Assembly: GCA_964388545.1 (NCBI GenBank)
Contig: CAYMAV010000005.1
Coordinates: 298-54,240 of the forward strand
Source of the DNA: an uncultured Clostridium sp.
GTDB lineage: Bacteria > Bacillota_I > Bacilli_A > RF39 > UBA660
Direction of reading: 5' to 3'
DNA: 53,943 nt
Shown: positions 1 through 8,816 of the stretch, in pieces
Position numbering within the stretch: position 1 is the stretch's first letter
Layout of the letters: every line of letters starts with the position of its first letter
Notes under the pieces: generated by a model
Databases searched by the model: none
What the model was told of the DNA's origin: nothing
The model's input: the letters and a program-made list of their open reading frames with translations, nothing else
Position numbers and translations under genes: made by a program

Positions 1-20
1 TAGATCGAGGATTTAATCAT
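1..20 (+). rRNA. rrl: 23S rRNA, extreme 3' end (partial)
   Basis: The first 20 nt, 'tagatcgaggatttaatcat', resemble the conserved Firmicute 23S 3' terminus (...ATCGATCGAGGACTTAACCAT in Bacillus). A 5S rRNA follows about 60 nt downstream. Confidence 0.5.
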
Positions 21-83
21 ATTTGTTTAATTTGATTGAGTCTAACACATTATCTAAGTTTTCAAAGAATTATTAATTTAATT

Positions 84-190
84 TATTGGTGACGATAGCT
101 AAGAGGATACACCTGTTCCCATCTCGAACACAGAAGTTAAGCTCTTAAACGCCGACGATAGTGTAAGCGAAAATAGGTAGTTGCCAATAT
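84..190 (+). rRNA. rrf: 5S ribosomal RNA
   Basis: Contains the conserved 5S blocks 'cacctgttcccatctcgaacacagaagttaagctc' and 'gccgacgatagt'. The ends 'ttattggtgac' and 'gttgccaata' pair to form helix I. Confidence 0.85.
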
Positions 191-202
191 TTTTTTTGTC
201 TA

Positions 203-228
203 AAAATAAGGATTTCCTTATTTTTTTC
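203..228 (+). terminator. Rho-independent terminator of the rRNA operon
   Basis: Hairpin 'aataagg-attt-ccttatt' followed by a T-run. Confidence 0.6.
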
Positions 229-281
229 TTTATTGGTAGATACTAATGATTTATAATGATATAATGATGGTGGTGATAAAA

Positions 282-734
282 ATGGATTATAAAATAACTT
301 CAAGAAGTGAGCAAGATACTATTAATATTGCTGAAAATCTTGAATCAGAAAAATTAAAAAATATGGTTATATGTTTAGAAGGAGAGCTTGGTAGTGGAAA
401 GACAATTTTTACCAAGGGTTTTGCTTATGCTTTAGGTATTAAGGAAAATATTACATCTCCAACTTTTAATATAATAAAGGAATACTATGATGGAGAAAGT
501 CCTCTTTATCATATGGATGTATATCGTTTAGATGGGATAATAGATGGCGTAGGTATTGAGGACTATTTTAAAAAAGAAGGAATAGTTATTATTGAGTGGT
601 CTGATACTATTAAAAATTATCTTCCAGAAGAAAGATTAGACATTAAATTTAAAATAATAGATGAAGAAACAAGAATTCTTACATTTGTCCCACATGGAAG
701 AGAGTATGAAGAAATTTGTGAGGCTATACTATGA
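282..734 (+). CDS. tsaE: tRNA t6A37 biosynthesis ATPase TsaE (YjeE family)
   Basis: Walker A motif 'GELGSGKT' followed by 'SPTF' and 'YHMDVYRL'. ATG 282 is preceded by 'ggtggtga' (RBS), whereas the ORF-track start at 246 has no RBS. The stop overlaps the tsaB start (ATGA). Confidence 0.85.
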   Translation: MDYKITSRSEQDTINIAENLESEKLKNMVICLEGELGSGKTIFTKGFAYALGIKENITSPTFNIIKEYYDGESPLYHMDVYRLDGIIDGVGIEDYFKKEGIVIIEWSDTIKNYLPEERLDIKFKIIDEETRILTFVPHGREYEEICEAIL

Positions 735-1363
735 GAATTATTTATCTAGATACCACAACTCCTAATCTTTATTTTACTATTATAGATGATAGTGATTTAC
801 TTATTGAAAAAAAAGTATATCTAGGTAATGAAATGTCTGTTAATACTCTACCTATAATAAAAAAGTCATTAGAGGAAGTAAATTTAAATATTAAAGAAAT
901 TGATAAAATAATAGTTGTTAATGGTCCGGGATCTTTTACTGGAACTAGAATATGCCTAACTATTGCTAAAACACTAGCATGGTCTCTTAATATACCGATA
1001 GTTACAATATCTAGTTTAGAAGCGATGGCAATATCCTATAAAGGAGATAAAAGGTATGTTGTTCCGATGATTGATGCTAGAAGAGATCATGTTTATGGGA
1101 CAATATACGATAGAGAAAAAAAAGAATTTATTTTAGGTGAAAGATATATAAACCTAAAAACTTTATTTGAGGAAATTGCTGGTGAAAGTTCTGTTGATTA
1201 TATATCAAATGATGATATAAAGATTGAAAAAGAATTAATAAAATATACTCCTGATTTCTTAAGTATTGCAGAATATCTTAAAAATAAAGAACTGATAGAG
1301 GTGCATTTAGTTGATGCTAACTACTTAAAATTAACGGAAGCGGAAGAAAAACTTGCATCATGA
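731..1363 (+). CDS. tsaB: tRNA t6A37 biosynthesis protein TsaB (YeaZ family)
   Basis: YeaZ-like N-terminus 'IIYLDTT...' with 'VVNGPGSFTGTRI'. It sits between tsaE and rimI/tsaD, as in the Bacillus ydiB-ydiC-ydiD-ydiE operon. Confidence 0.85.
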   Translation: MRIIYLDTTTPNLYFTIIDDSDLLIEKKVYLGNEMSVNTLPIIKKSLEEVNLNIKEIDKIIVVNGPGSFTGTRICLTIAKTLAWSLNIPIVTISSLEAMAISYKGDKRYVVPMIDARRDHVYGTIYDREKKEFILGERYINLKTLFEEIAGESSVDYISNDDIKIEKELIKYTPDFLSIAEYLKNKELIEVHLVDANYLKLTEAEEKLAS

Positions 1364-2766
1364 TAAAAGAACTTGATAATAAAGATATCGCTATATTAGA
1401 AAAAATATTTAAATTATCTAATATAATAAAGGAATTACAAGAAAATAAAGCTAGTAAATACTTTATTTATTTTGCTGAAAATAATATAATAGGATATATA
1501 AATTACTATGATTTAATCGATCGATATGAGATAGCAAATATTGAGGTATTAGAAGAATATAGAAATCAAAAAATAGGGTATGAATTACTCTTTTATATAA
1601 TAGAATTAGGTTATAAAAACAAAATTAATAATATAACATTAGAGGTAAACATTAATAATTTATATGCGATTAAATTATATAAGAAATGTAATTTTGAAAT
1701 AATAGGTGTAAGAAAAAGATATTATGATGGACAAGATGGTTATTTAATGGAAAGAAAGATGATTATGAAGGATATACATATATTAGCAATTGAAAGTAGT
1801 TGTGATGAGACTAGTTGTTCAATAGTAAAAAATGGTAAAGAAGAATTAGCAACAGTTACTTCAACCCAAATCGATATTCATAAAAAATATGGTGGAGTAG
1901 TTCCAGAAATAGCGAGTCGTGAACATTTAAAAAATATTACCATAATTATAGAAGAATGTTTAGAAAAATCTAATATGAAGATGGAAGATATTGACTATAT
2001 TGCTGTTACTTATGGCCCAGGATTAATAGGATCCCTATTAGTAGGAATTGAAGCGGCTAAAACATTGTCTTTTGTTTATAATATACCGATAATTCCAGTT
2101 CATCATCTTGCTGGACATATCTATGCTAATAGTTTGGAAAAAGAGATGAAATTTCCTTTAATCGCACTTGTTATAAGTGGAGGCCATACAGAATTAATAT
2201 ATATGCCTGCTGACTTTAAATTCGAAATAATTGGTTCGACTTTAGATGATGCGGTTGGAGAGACCTATGATAAGGTTGCTAGGGTAATAGGTATAGGATA
2301 TCCTGGAGGACCGGTAATCGATAAAATAGCTCAATTAGGTATAGATAGTTATGAGCTGCCTTTACCGATGATTAATGATCGATATAACTTTAGTTTTAGC
2401 GGATTAAAGAGCGCGGTTATTAATTTAGCTCATAATGAAAAACAAAAGAATCGAGAAATAAATAAAGAAAATTTAGCTAGATCTTTTCAAAATGTAGTAG
2501 TTGAAACAATTGTAAGGAAAACCGAAAATGCTTTACATGATAAAAAAGTTAAAAATTTAGTAATTGCAGGAGGAGTTGCAGCTAATAGCGATATTAGAAA
2601 AGGTTTAATTAAAATGTGTGAGGATAACGATATCAAATATAGTTTTCCAAACATAAAGTATTGTACGGATAATGCAACAATGATAGCAGCAGCAGCTTAT
2701 TACATTAGAGATAGAGCGGTTAACGATTTAAATATAAATGCAATATCAAGCGAAAAGATTAATTAG
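1360..2766 (+). CDS. tsaD: Fused RimI-like GNAT acetyltransferase (aa 1 to about 133) and TsaD/Kae1/Gcp t6A transferase (aa about 134-468)
   Basis: The N-terminal part has the GNAT motif 'YRNQKIGYELL...AIKLYKKCNF'. From 'MIMKDIHILAIESSCDETS' onward there are TsaD motifs ('GGVVPEIASREH', 'GPGLIGSLLVG', 'HHLAGH', 'SGGHTE'). No stop codon separates the two parts. Confidence 0.85.
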   Translation: MIKELDNKDIAILEKIFKLSNIIKELQENKASKYFIYFAENNIIGYINYYDLIDRYEIANIEVLEEYRNQKIGYELLFYIIELGYKNKINNITLEVNINNLYAIKLYKKCNFEIIGVRKRYYDGQDGYLMERKMIMKDIHILAIESSCDETSCSIVKNGKEELATVTSTQIDIHKKYGGVVPEIASREHLKNITIIIEECLEKSNMKMEDIDYIAVTYGPGLIGSLLVGIEAAKTLSFVYNIPIIPVHHLAGHIYANSLEKEMKFPLIALVISGGHTELIYMPADFKFEIIGSTLDDAVGETYDKVARVIGIGYPGGPVIDKIAQLGIDSYELPLPMINDRYNFSFSGLKSAVINLAHNEKQKNREINKENLARSFQNVVVETIVRKTENALHDKKVKNLVIAGGVAANSDIRKGLIKMCEDNDIKYSFPNIKYCTDNATMIAAAAYYIRDRAVNDLNINAISSEKIN

Positions 2767-2781
2767 TTTTAGGAGGATTTT

Positions 2782-3798
2782 ATGGAAGAAAAGAAGAAAA
2801 TAAATTTAAAAAATAAAAAAGATGTAAAAAAGAAATTACATTCTTCTATAAAGACTCCAAATAAAAAGAAAAAAATAGTAGAAAAAAAATCAGCAAAAAA
2901 GAAAAAAGTTGTTACTAAACCTAAAGAAAAAGAGGAAGTAGCTAAATTAATTGAAAACAAAAAAAGAGTTACTAAGAAAATAACTCCAAAAAAAGAAGCC
3001 AAAAAAGTAGAAAAGAATAAAAAACAAAATAATAAGACGGAATTAGTACTACCAAAAGAGTGGCAAAAATTAACTAGTACAAAGAAAAAACCTAGTAATT
3101 TAAAAGCAAGACTTCAAGATACGATGTTTGAAGAGCTGTTAATAGAAGAAGGCGAAGAAAAAAAGAAAGAAGAAAAAATAAAATATACTAAAAGAGGAAT
3201 TTATTTTATAGTTTTTGTTATAGGTATAGTATCTTTATTAATGTTAATAGATTATTTAAAGATAACTAATGCTCGTTCCTTTTTTAAATATGTAGAATAT
3301 AAAACAGGGCAAAGGATAAGATTAAAGGATGGAAGCTTTTGGTATGTTGTTGATAATAGTTTAGGAAATAATAATAAGGTAATTTTACTAAAAGAGACAA
3401 TTGTTGATATAAATAATGATGATAAAATAGATAATAATGACAAGATTAGATTTAATACTAATGGTAAAAATGAATACGATATAAAAAGCAAGGATAGTGT
3501 TGGAGAATATTTAGAAAAAGAATATAAAAAGAAGTTAAATAATAAAATAGGAAATGTTATTGAAATTAGATTGTTAAAATCTAGAGAATTTGTAAAAATG
3601 CGAGAAGAGTTGGGATTTCCCTTTGAATGGAAAACGGAAAATATTCTTGCAGGAAAGACACTAGGGGTTTGGTGGATAGAAGGAGTAAATAAAGATAGCG
3701 TATATGCTGTTACAATAAGAGGGGTATATAAATTATATAAGCCGGGAGATTATAACTATATTAGACCTGTAATAGTTATTGATAAGGATCTTATTTAG
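2782..3798 (+). CDS. Membrane protein with a Lys-rich cytoplasmic N-terminal region, one TM helix and an extracellular C-terminal domain (DUF6273-like 'WW...IRPVIVI' ending)
   Basis: Strong RBS 'aggagg'. The first ~135 aa are a Lys-rich (charged Lys/Glu), low-complexity region. The TM helix is 'IYFIVFVIGIVSLLMLI'. The C-terminus is 'GVWWIEG...YIRPVIVI'. Confidence 0.6.
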   Translation: MEEKKKINLKNKKDVKKKLHSSIKTPNKKKKIVEKKSAKKKKVVTKPKEKEEVAKLIENKKRVTKKITPKKEAKKVEKNKKQNNKTELVLPKEWQKLTSTKKKPSNLKARLQDTMFEELLIEEGEEKKKEEKIKYTKRGIYFIVFVIGIVSLLMLIDYLKITNARSFFKYVEYKTGQRIRLKDGSFWYVVDNSLGNNNKVILLKETIVDINNDDKIDNNDKIRFNTNGKNEYDIKSKDSVGEYLEKEYKKKLNNKIGNVIEIRLLKSREFVKMREELGFPFEWKTENILAGKTLGVWWIEGVNKDSVYAVTIRGVYKLYKPGDYNYIRPVIVIDKDLI

Positions 3799-3842
3799 AT
3801 TTTATAAAGTTATAATATTTTTATAAAAAAACATTCCGTTTA

Positions 3843-3851
3843 TGATATAAT
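3843..3851 (+). promoter_or_regulatory. Extended -10 promoter element (TGaTATAAT) upstream of the Abi_2 gene
   Basis: TG at 3843-3844 and TATAAT at 3846-3851, 17 nt upstream of the ATG at 3868. The -35 region is weak. Confidence 0.45.
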
Positions 3852-3867
3852 TTATTAAGGTGATACT

Positions 3868-4824
3868 ATGTCAGAGAAGAAATTTAGAAATCTAGAAGAA
3901 CAGATAAGTATATTTATTAATCGTGGAATGATTGTAAATGATGTTGAATATGCTAAAGATGTTCTTTTAAGAGAAAATTATTTCTTTTTAAATGGTTATA
4001 GACACCTTTTTTTAGATAAAAAAAATAATAAAAACTATTTAAGTGGTGCTACTTTTGAAGAATTATATAGTTTGTTTTTGTTTGATAGACAAGTAAGAAA
4101 TATTATCTTTAAAAATGTTTTAATTGTTGAAAATAATGCAAAATCAATTTTTTCATATCAATTATCAAAAAAATATGGTTATAAGGAAGAAGACTATTTG
4201 GTACCTTCAACCTTTGATAATCATCCAGCTAGAGCAAGACAAGTAAATGACTTGATTAGAAAAATGAAAAGACAAATAAGAGTTAATGGTTCCCAACATT
4301 CGGCAACGATGCACTATATGAATAAGTATGGATACATCCCTCTATGGGTTTTAGTAAAAGTTCTATCGTTTGGAATAGTTAGTGAATTATATTCAATATT
4401 AAAAAAAGAAGATAAGTTAGCGATTTCAAAAATTTATAATATAGATATGGATGAACTTATCAATTATTTAGCAATTCTTGCTAATTACCGTAATCTTTGT
4501 GCTCATGAGGATATTTTATATGAGAATAAGACACAGAGAAGTATTAATGATACTGTTTTTCATCTTTTAATGGGTATTGAAAAAGATGAATTTGGTATCT
4601 ATAAAAAAGGAAAAAATGATTTATTTTCTCTTTTGATTATTTTAAGACAAATTTTGAGAAATGAAGATGTAAAGAATTTAATAATTGAAATAAAAAGGGA
4701 AGTTAATAATTTAGAATTTAATTTACATTCGATATCTATTCAAGCTGTTTTAGATCGAATGGGATTTCCAGCTAATTGGGAAGAAATAGCAAATATAGAA
4801 AAGAGGCCATATTATGAGGAATAA
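3868..4824 (+). CDS. Abi_2 family (AbiD/AbiF-like) abortive-infection protein
   Basis: Matches the Abi_2 pattern along its length: 'LEEQISIFINRGM', 'NYFFLNGYRHLF', 'FEELYSLFLFDRQVRN', 'YIPLWVLVKVLSFGIVSELY' and 'LANYRNLCAHEDILYE'. Confidence 0.8.
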   Translation: MSEKKFRNLEEQISIFINRGMIVNDVEYAKDVLLRENYFFLNGYRHLFLDKKNNKNYLSGATFEELYSLFLFDRQVRNIIFKNVLIVENNAKSIFSYQLSKKYGYKEEDYLVPSTFDNHPARARQVNDLIRKMKRQIRVNGSQHSATMHYMNKYGYIPLWVLVKVLSFGIVSELYSILKKEDKLAISKIYNIDMDELINYLAILANYRNLCAHEDILYENKTQRSINDTVFHLLMGIEKDEFGIYKKGKNDLFSLLIILRQILRNEDVKNLIIEIKREVNNLEFNLHSISIQAVLDRMGFPANWEEIANIEKRPYYEE

Positions 4825-5896
4825 ATTATCGATAATTATAATAGGAATATTATCTTTTGTAATAGGTATTTTGTTTACTCTTGTAATTAAATTATTACCA
4901 GAGAAAAAGGTAAATACTGTTGAAGAAGAAAAAGAAATGATTGTAAATAAATATACAATTAACGAATCAGGAATTAGCGTTCCGGTTAAAAAGGTATATG
5001 ATTCGGTTGTTTTAATTGAAAATTATGATAATGTTAAAATACAGGGGTCTGGAAGTGGATTCGTTTATAAAAAGGATAAGGATTATGCTTATTTATTGAC
5101 TAATCATCATGTAATAGATAAAGCAAAAAAGATAACTGTAACTTTTTCAAACAATAAAGTAGTGGAAGCAAAATTATTAGGAAGTGATGAACATCTTGAT
5201 ATAGCAGTTGTTAGAGTTAAAGCTGAAGAGTACATTAAACCTTTAAAATTATCAACTTCTAAAAATTTGGTTTTAGGAGAATTAGTGTTTGCAATTGGAA
5301 CTCCAGTTTCTAGGGAATATTTTAATTCGGTAACTGGAGGGTATGTATCGGGATTAAACCGTAAAGTAGAAGTAACTTCTGGATTAGTTCAAAATGTAAT
5401 ACAAATAGATGTAGCGATTAATCCTGGAAATAGTGGAGGACCTTTATTTAATATAAAGGGAGAAGTAATTGGTATAAATTCATTAAAATTAGTAAATGAT
5501 AAGATTGAAGGAATGGGATTTGCGATCCCAATTGAAGATGCTATAGAATATGTTGATGAATTGGAATCTGGTAAGAAAATTGAAAGACCAAAGTTAGGTA
5601 TTACAAATACTTCGGTAACAGATGCTTATAACTTGTTAAAATTTAATATTAAACTTGATGAGAGTATTAAACAAGGAGTAGTTATATTAGATGTTGAAAA
5701 AAATTCAGTTATGGATAAAGCTGGATTTAAAAAAGGTGATGTTATAACAAAACTTAATGGTGAGGTTATTACAACTCCAGGAAATTTAAAACATTCTTTA
5801 TATAAATCAAAAGTAGGGGATACCTTAAAAATTACTTTTATTCGTGGAAAAGAGACGAAGGAAGTAAGCGTTAAATTAACTGATAAAATTAACTAA
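4814..5896 (+). CDS. htrA: HtrA/DegP-family trypsin-like serine protease with N-terminal TM anchor and C-terminal PDZ domain
   Basis: Motifs 'LLTNHHV', 'DIAVVRV' and 'INPGNSGGPLFN' give the His/Asp/Ser triad context. A PDZ-like domain ('GVVILDV...GFKKGDVITKLNG') follows. RBS 'aagagg'. The start overlaps the abi 3' end by 11 nt. Confidence 0.85.
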   Translation: MRNKLSIIIIGILSFVIGILFTLVIKLLPEKKVNTVEEEKEMIVNKYTINESGISVPVKKVYDSVVLIENYDNVKIQGSGSGFVYKKDKDYAYLLTNHHVIDKAKKITVTFSNNKVVEAKLLGSDEHLDIAVVRVKAEEYIKPLKLSTSKNLVLGELVFAIGTPVSREYFNSVTGGYVSGLNRKVEVTSGLVQNVIQIDVAINPGNSGGPLFNIKGEVIGINSLKLVNDKIEGMGFAIPIEDAIEYVDELESGKKIERPKLGITNTSVTDAYNLLKFNIKLDESIKQGVVILDVEKNSVMDKAGFKKGDVITKLNGEVITTPGNLKHSLYKSKVGDTLKITFIRGKETKEVSVKLTDKIN

Positions 5897-5914
5897 TGAA
5901 AGAAAGTTGAAAAT

Positions 5915-7549
5915 ATGAAGAACAAAAGGAATACTTATATTGGAGGAGCTTTAATAGCATCCCTTGGGATGATAGTTAGTAAAGCCTTAGGAATAATTTA
6001 CGTTATTCCTTTTTATAATATAATAGGAACAACCGGAGGAGCCTTATATGGTTATGCTTATAATATATATTCGATATTTTTAGGTATATCAACAGCGGGT
6101 CTTCCTTTTGCTATTAGTAAAATGATAAGTGAATTTGATACACTAGGTAATCATCGTGCCAAGGAAAAAACCTTTAAAATTGCAAAGTATATATTAGGGA
6201 TTTTAGGCCTATTATCTTTTTTCACAATGTTTTTATTTACTGAGCAAATTGCTTATTTAATAATTGGAAATGTAAAGGGTGGAAATACTATTGAGGATAT
6301 TGTTTTTGCTATTAGAGTAATTTCATTTTCGGTTTTAATAGTACCGATATTAAGTATATATAGAGGTTATTTACAGGGACATAGAATAATTACTGTTACA
6401 AGTGTTTCACAGGTATTAGAGCAGTTATTAAGAGTTTCAATAATCCTTTTTGCTTGTTTCTTCTTAAAAGACGTTTTGAGTATAACAAATATTGTAATGG
6501 TTTCATTAGCAGCAGCGACAATTGGGTCAGTTTTTTCCTGGTTATATTTAGTTGGGAAGGTTAGTCGCAAAAGAAAAGAAAATAATGAATTAGTAACTGA
6601 AAAAGATCAAGAAGATATTTCATATAAATCTTTATTAAATAGAATTATTATGCATGCATTACCATTTGTTTTTGGAGATGTTTGTAAATCGTTATATAAT
6701 TCTATCGATACCTTCTTCGTTGTTAAAACTCTAACAAATAGTCTGGGTTATTTAGTAAGTGATGCGGAAACAGTAATTAGTGTTATTACCTTATGGGGAA
6801 ATAAGCTAAATAGTATTGTTCTAGCTTTAGCGACTGGCTTTGCTACTAGTTTAATACCTCATTTAACAAGATCTTATGTAAAAAAAGATTATGCAGGAAT
6901 TAGCGATAAAATAAATAAAACCTTTCAGATATTAATTTATGCAACTCTACCTTTAGCAGCTGGGCTAAGTTTTTTAAGCGGTGAGGTATGGCATGTTTTA
7001 TATGGAAGTAATGTATTGGGAGCAAAGGTGTTTTCAGTTTCTATATTTGGAGCTTTTTCAACGGTTTTATTAACAACCTGTACAGTAGCTTTATTAACTT
7101 TACGAGAATATAAAACAATGTATAAAGCGCTGATTGCCGGATTAATCTTTAATGCAGTTTTTGATGTCCCATTTATGCATTTATTTCACCTAATAGATAA
7201 AGCTTATATAGGTGCATCCTTTGCAACGATTTGTGGAAATTTTGTTTCGATACTAATGGTTGTTAGATTTTTACATAAGGAATATAAAATAGACTTTAAG
7301 AAGACCTTTAATATGTCGGTTAGAATAGTTATAGCAAATATTATTATGGTAATGGTTTTATATGGATTTTCAAAGGTTATTCCTCAAGTGTTTATTTCTC
7401 ATATGAGAATTAATTCAGCAATAAATATTGTTATATATGCTGTTATAGGATCAGTTATTTATTATCTATATACAAAAAAAATAGGTTTATATAAAGAGAT
7501 TACGAAAAATGTTAAACTTAAAGATTTGTTAAGGGGTGTTACGGAATGA
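5915..7549 (+). CDS. MOP-superfamily flippase (YtgP/SpoVB/MurJ-like), putative lipid II flippase
   Basis: Polytopic membrane protein. Its N-terminus 'GIIYVIPFYNIIGTTGGALYGYAYNIYSIFLGISTAGLPFAISKMISEF' parallels B. subtilis YtgP/SpoVB. It is directly followed by FemAB genes. Confidence 0.75.
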   Translation: MKNKRNTYIGGALIASLGMIVSKALGIIYVIPFYNIIGTTGGALYGYAYNIYSIFLGISTAGLPFAISKMISEFDTLGNHRAKEKTFKIAKYILGILGLLSFFTMFLFTEQIAYLIIGNVKGGNTIEDIVFAIRVISFSVLIVPILSIYRGYLQGHRIITVTSVSQVLEQLLRVSIILFACFFLKDVLSITNIVMVSLAAATIGSVFSWLYLVGKVSRKRKENNELVTEKDQEDISYKSLLNRIIMHALPFVFGDVCKSLYNSIDTFFVVKTLTNSLGYLVSDAETVISVITLWGNKLNSIVLALATGFATSLIPHLTRSYVKKDYAGISDKINKTFQILIYATLPLAAGLSFLSGEVWHVLYGSNVLGAKVFSVSIFGAFSTVLLTTCTVALLTLREYKTMYKALIAGLIFNAVFDVPFMHLFHLIDKAYIGASFATICGNFVSILMVVRFLHKEYKIDFKKTFNMSVRIVIANIIMVMVLYGFSKVIPQVFISHMRINSAINIVIYAVIGSVIYYLYTKKIGLYKEITKNVKLKDLLRGVTE

Positions 7550-8808
7550 AGTTAGTAGAACTTACAGAAAAAGAATATCGTAATTTTATAAAAGGTAGAG
7601 ATGATTTATCTTTTATGCAGATGCCGGAAGTTGGCAATTTAAGAAAGATTTATGGTAGTGAGGTAAAATATTTAGGGATTAAAGATAGCGAAAAAGTAGT
7701 AGCAGCATCTCTTTTCCTTATTACTACAACATTTATGAAAAAGAAAACTTTTTACGCACCTCGTGGATTTCTTCTTGATTATAATGATAGTAAAGTTTTA
7801 AAAACATATCTTGAGGAGTTAAAGAAATATTGTAAGAAAAATAATGGTTTAATGATTAAAATCGATCCCAATATTAACTATCAAATTAGAGATAATAAAG
7901 GGGAAGAGTATCCTGATATTAATAAAAATGATAAAGTAATAAATGATTTAAAGAAACTAGGCTTTATTCACTATGGCTTTAATACAGATCTAATTTATAC
8001 TCAATCGAGATGGAATGTTTTGTTAAGTTTAGATAAACCCTATGAAGAGGTCGTTAGCAATTTTTCTAAGAGTACAAGGAAAAACATCGAAGAAGTTTAT
8101 CGAAAAGGCCTTAAGTGCCGTGTGGCTAAAAAAGAAGATTTAGCGATAATTCAACCGATTTTTGATCTTACAGCTGAAAGAAAAGATTTTAATGCTAGAG
8201 ATTTAGATTATTATAAGAATATGTTTGAATGTTTAGGAGATAAGATGCGTATTTATATTGCCTATTTAGAACCAGATCATTATTTAGATAATTCTAAAGA
8301 AAATTTAAGAGTTGCTGAAGAAGAACTAAAGGTTGTTCTAGATAAGATGGCAAGAGAAAAGGTTGGTAATAAATTAAAAGAACAAGAAGCGGTAGCTAAT
8401 AAAAAGGTAGATAAATGTAAAGAGGAATTAGAGCTAGCTAAAACTTTTAAAAAAGAATATCCAAAAGGAAGAGATATCGCAGTCTTAGTATCAATTAAAT
8501 CAGGTCCTGAATATCTCACTCTTTATAGCGGATATCTTACTGAGTATGCAAGATTTACTCCTAAATATATGCTTTACAATGAGCATATAAAAGATGCTTA
8601 TGAATTTAAGATGCTTAGAGTTAATTTTTATGGAATAACCGGAATCTTTGATCCTAAAGATAAGAATTATGGAATGTATGATTTTAAAAGAGGTTTTGGA
8701 GGAGAGGTCCAAGAACTTATTGGAGAATTTACTTATCCACTTTCCTGGCATTATCATTTATATATGATGTTAAGGAATTTAAAGAGAAAAATTAAAAAAG
8801 TAGATTAG
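7546..8808 (+). CDS. FemAB-family peptidoglycan interpeptide-bridge aminoacyltransferase (paralog 1)
   Basis: Has 'F(M/L)Q', 'YAPRGFLLDY', 'IKIDPN', a central coiled-coil insert and the C-terminus 'YGMYDFKRGFGGEV'. Its start overlaps the flippase stop (ATGA). Confidence 0.8.
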   Translation: MKLVELTEKEYRNFIKGRDDLSFMQMPEVGNLRKIYGSEVKYLGIKDSEKVVAASLFLITTTFMKKKTFYAPRGFLLDYNDSKVLKTYLEELKKYCKKNNGLMIKIDPNINYQIRDNKGEEYPDINKNDKVINDLKKLGFIHYGFNTDLIYTQSRWNVLLSLDKPYEEVVSNFSKSTRKNIEEVYRKGLKCRVAKKEDLAIIQPIFDLTAERKDFNARDLDYYKNMFECLGDKMRIYIAYLEPDHYLDNSKENLRVAEEELKVVLDKMAREKVGNKLKEQEAVANKKVDKCKEELELAKTFKKEYPKGRDIAVLVSIKSGPEYLTLYSGYLTEYARFTPKYMLYNEHIKDAYEFKMLRVNFYGITGIFDPKDKNYGMYDFKRGFGGEVQELIGEFTYPLSWHYHLYMMLRNLKRKIKKVD

Positions 8809-8816
8809 GTGATTTT

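Noticed and set aside
2769-3002. Antisense or shadow ORFs in the track: 2769-3002, 3252-3491, 6367-6570, 8280-8519, 8500-8757, 9509-9742, 11521-11736, 32823-33071, 34217-34399, 37441-37623, 43080-43280, 45415-45690, 45943-46191, 46195-46434, 48027-48251 and 52304-52486.
   Set aside because: Each lies fully inside, and mostly opposite to, a longer ORF with clear family motifs. Their products are low-complexity Ser/Phe/Leu-rich mirror images of Lys/Glu-rich coiled-coil or AAG-rich coding sequence. None has an RBS.
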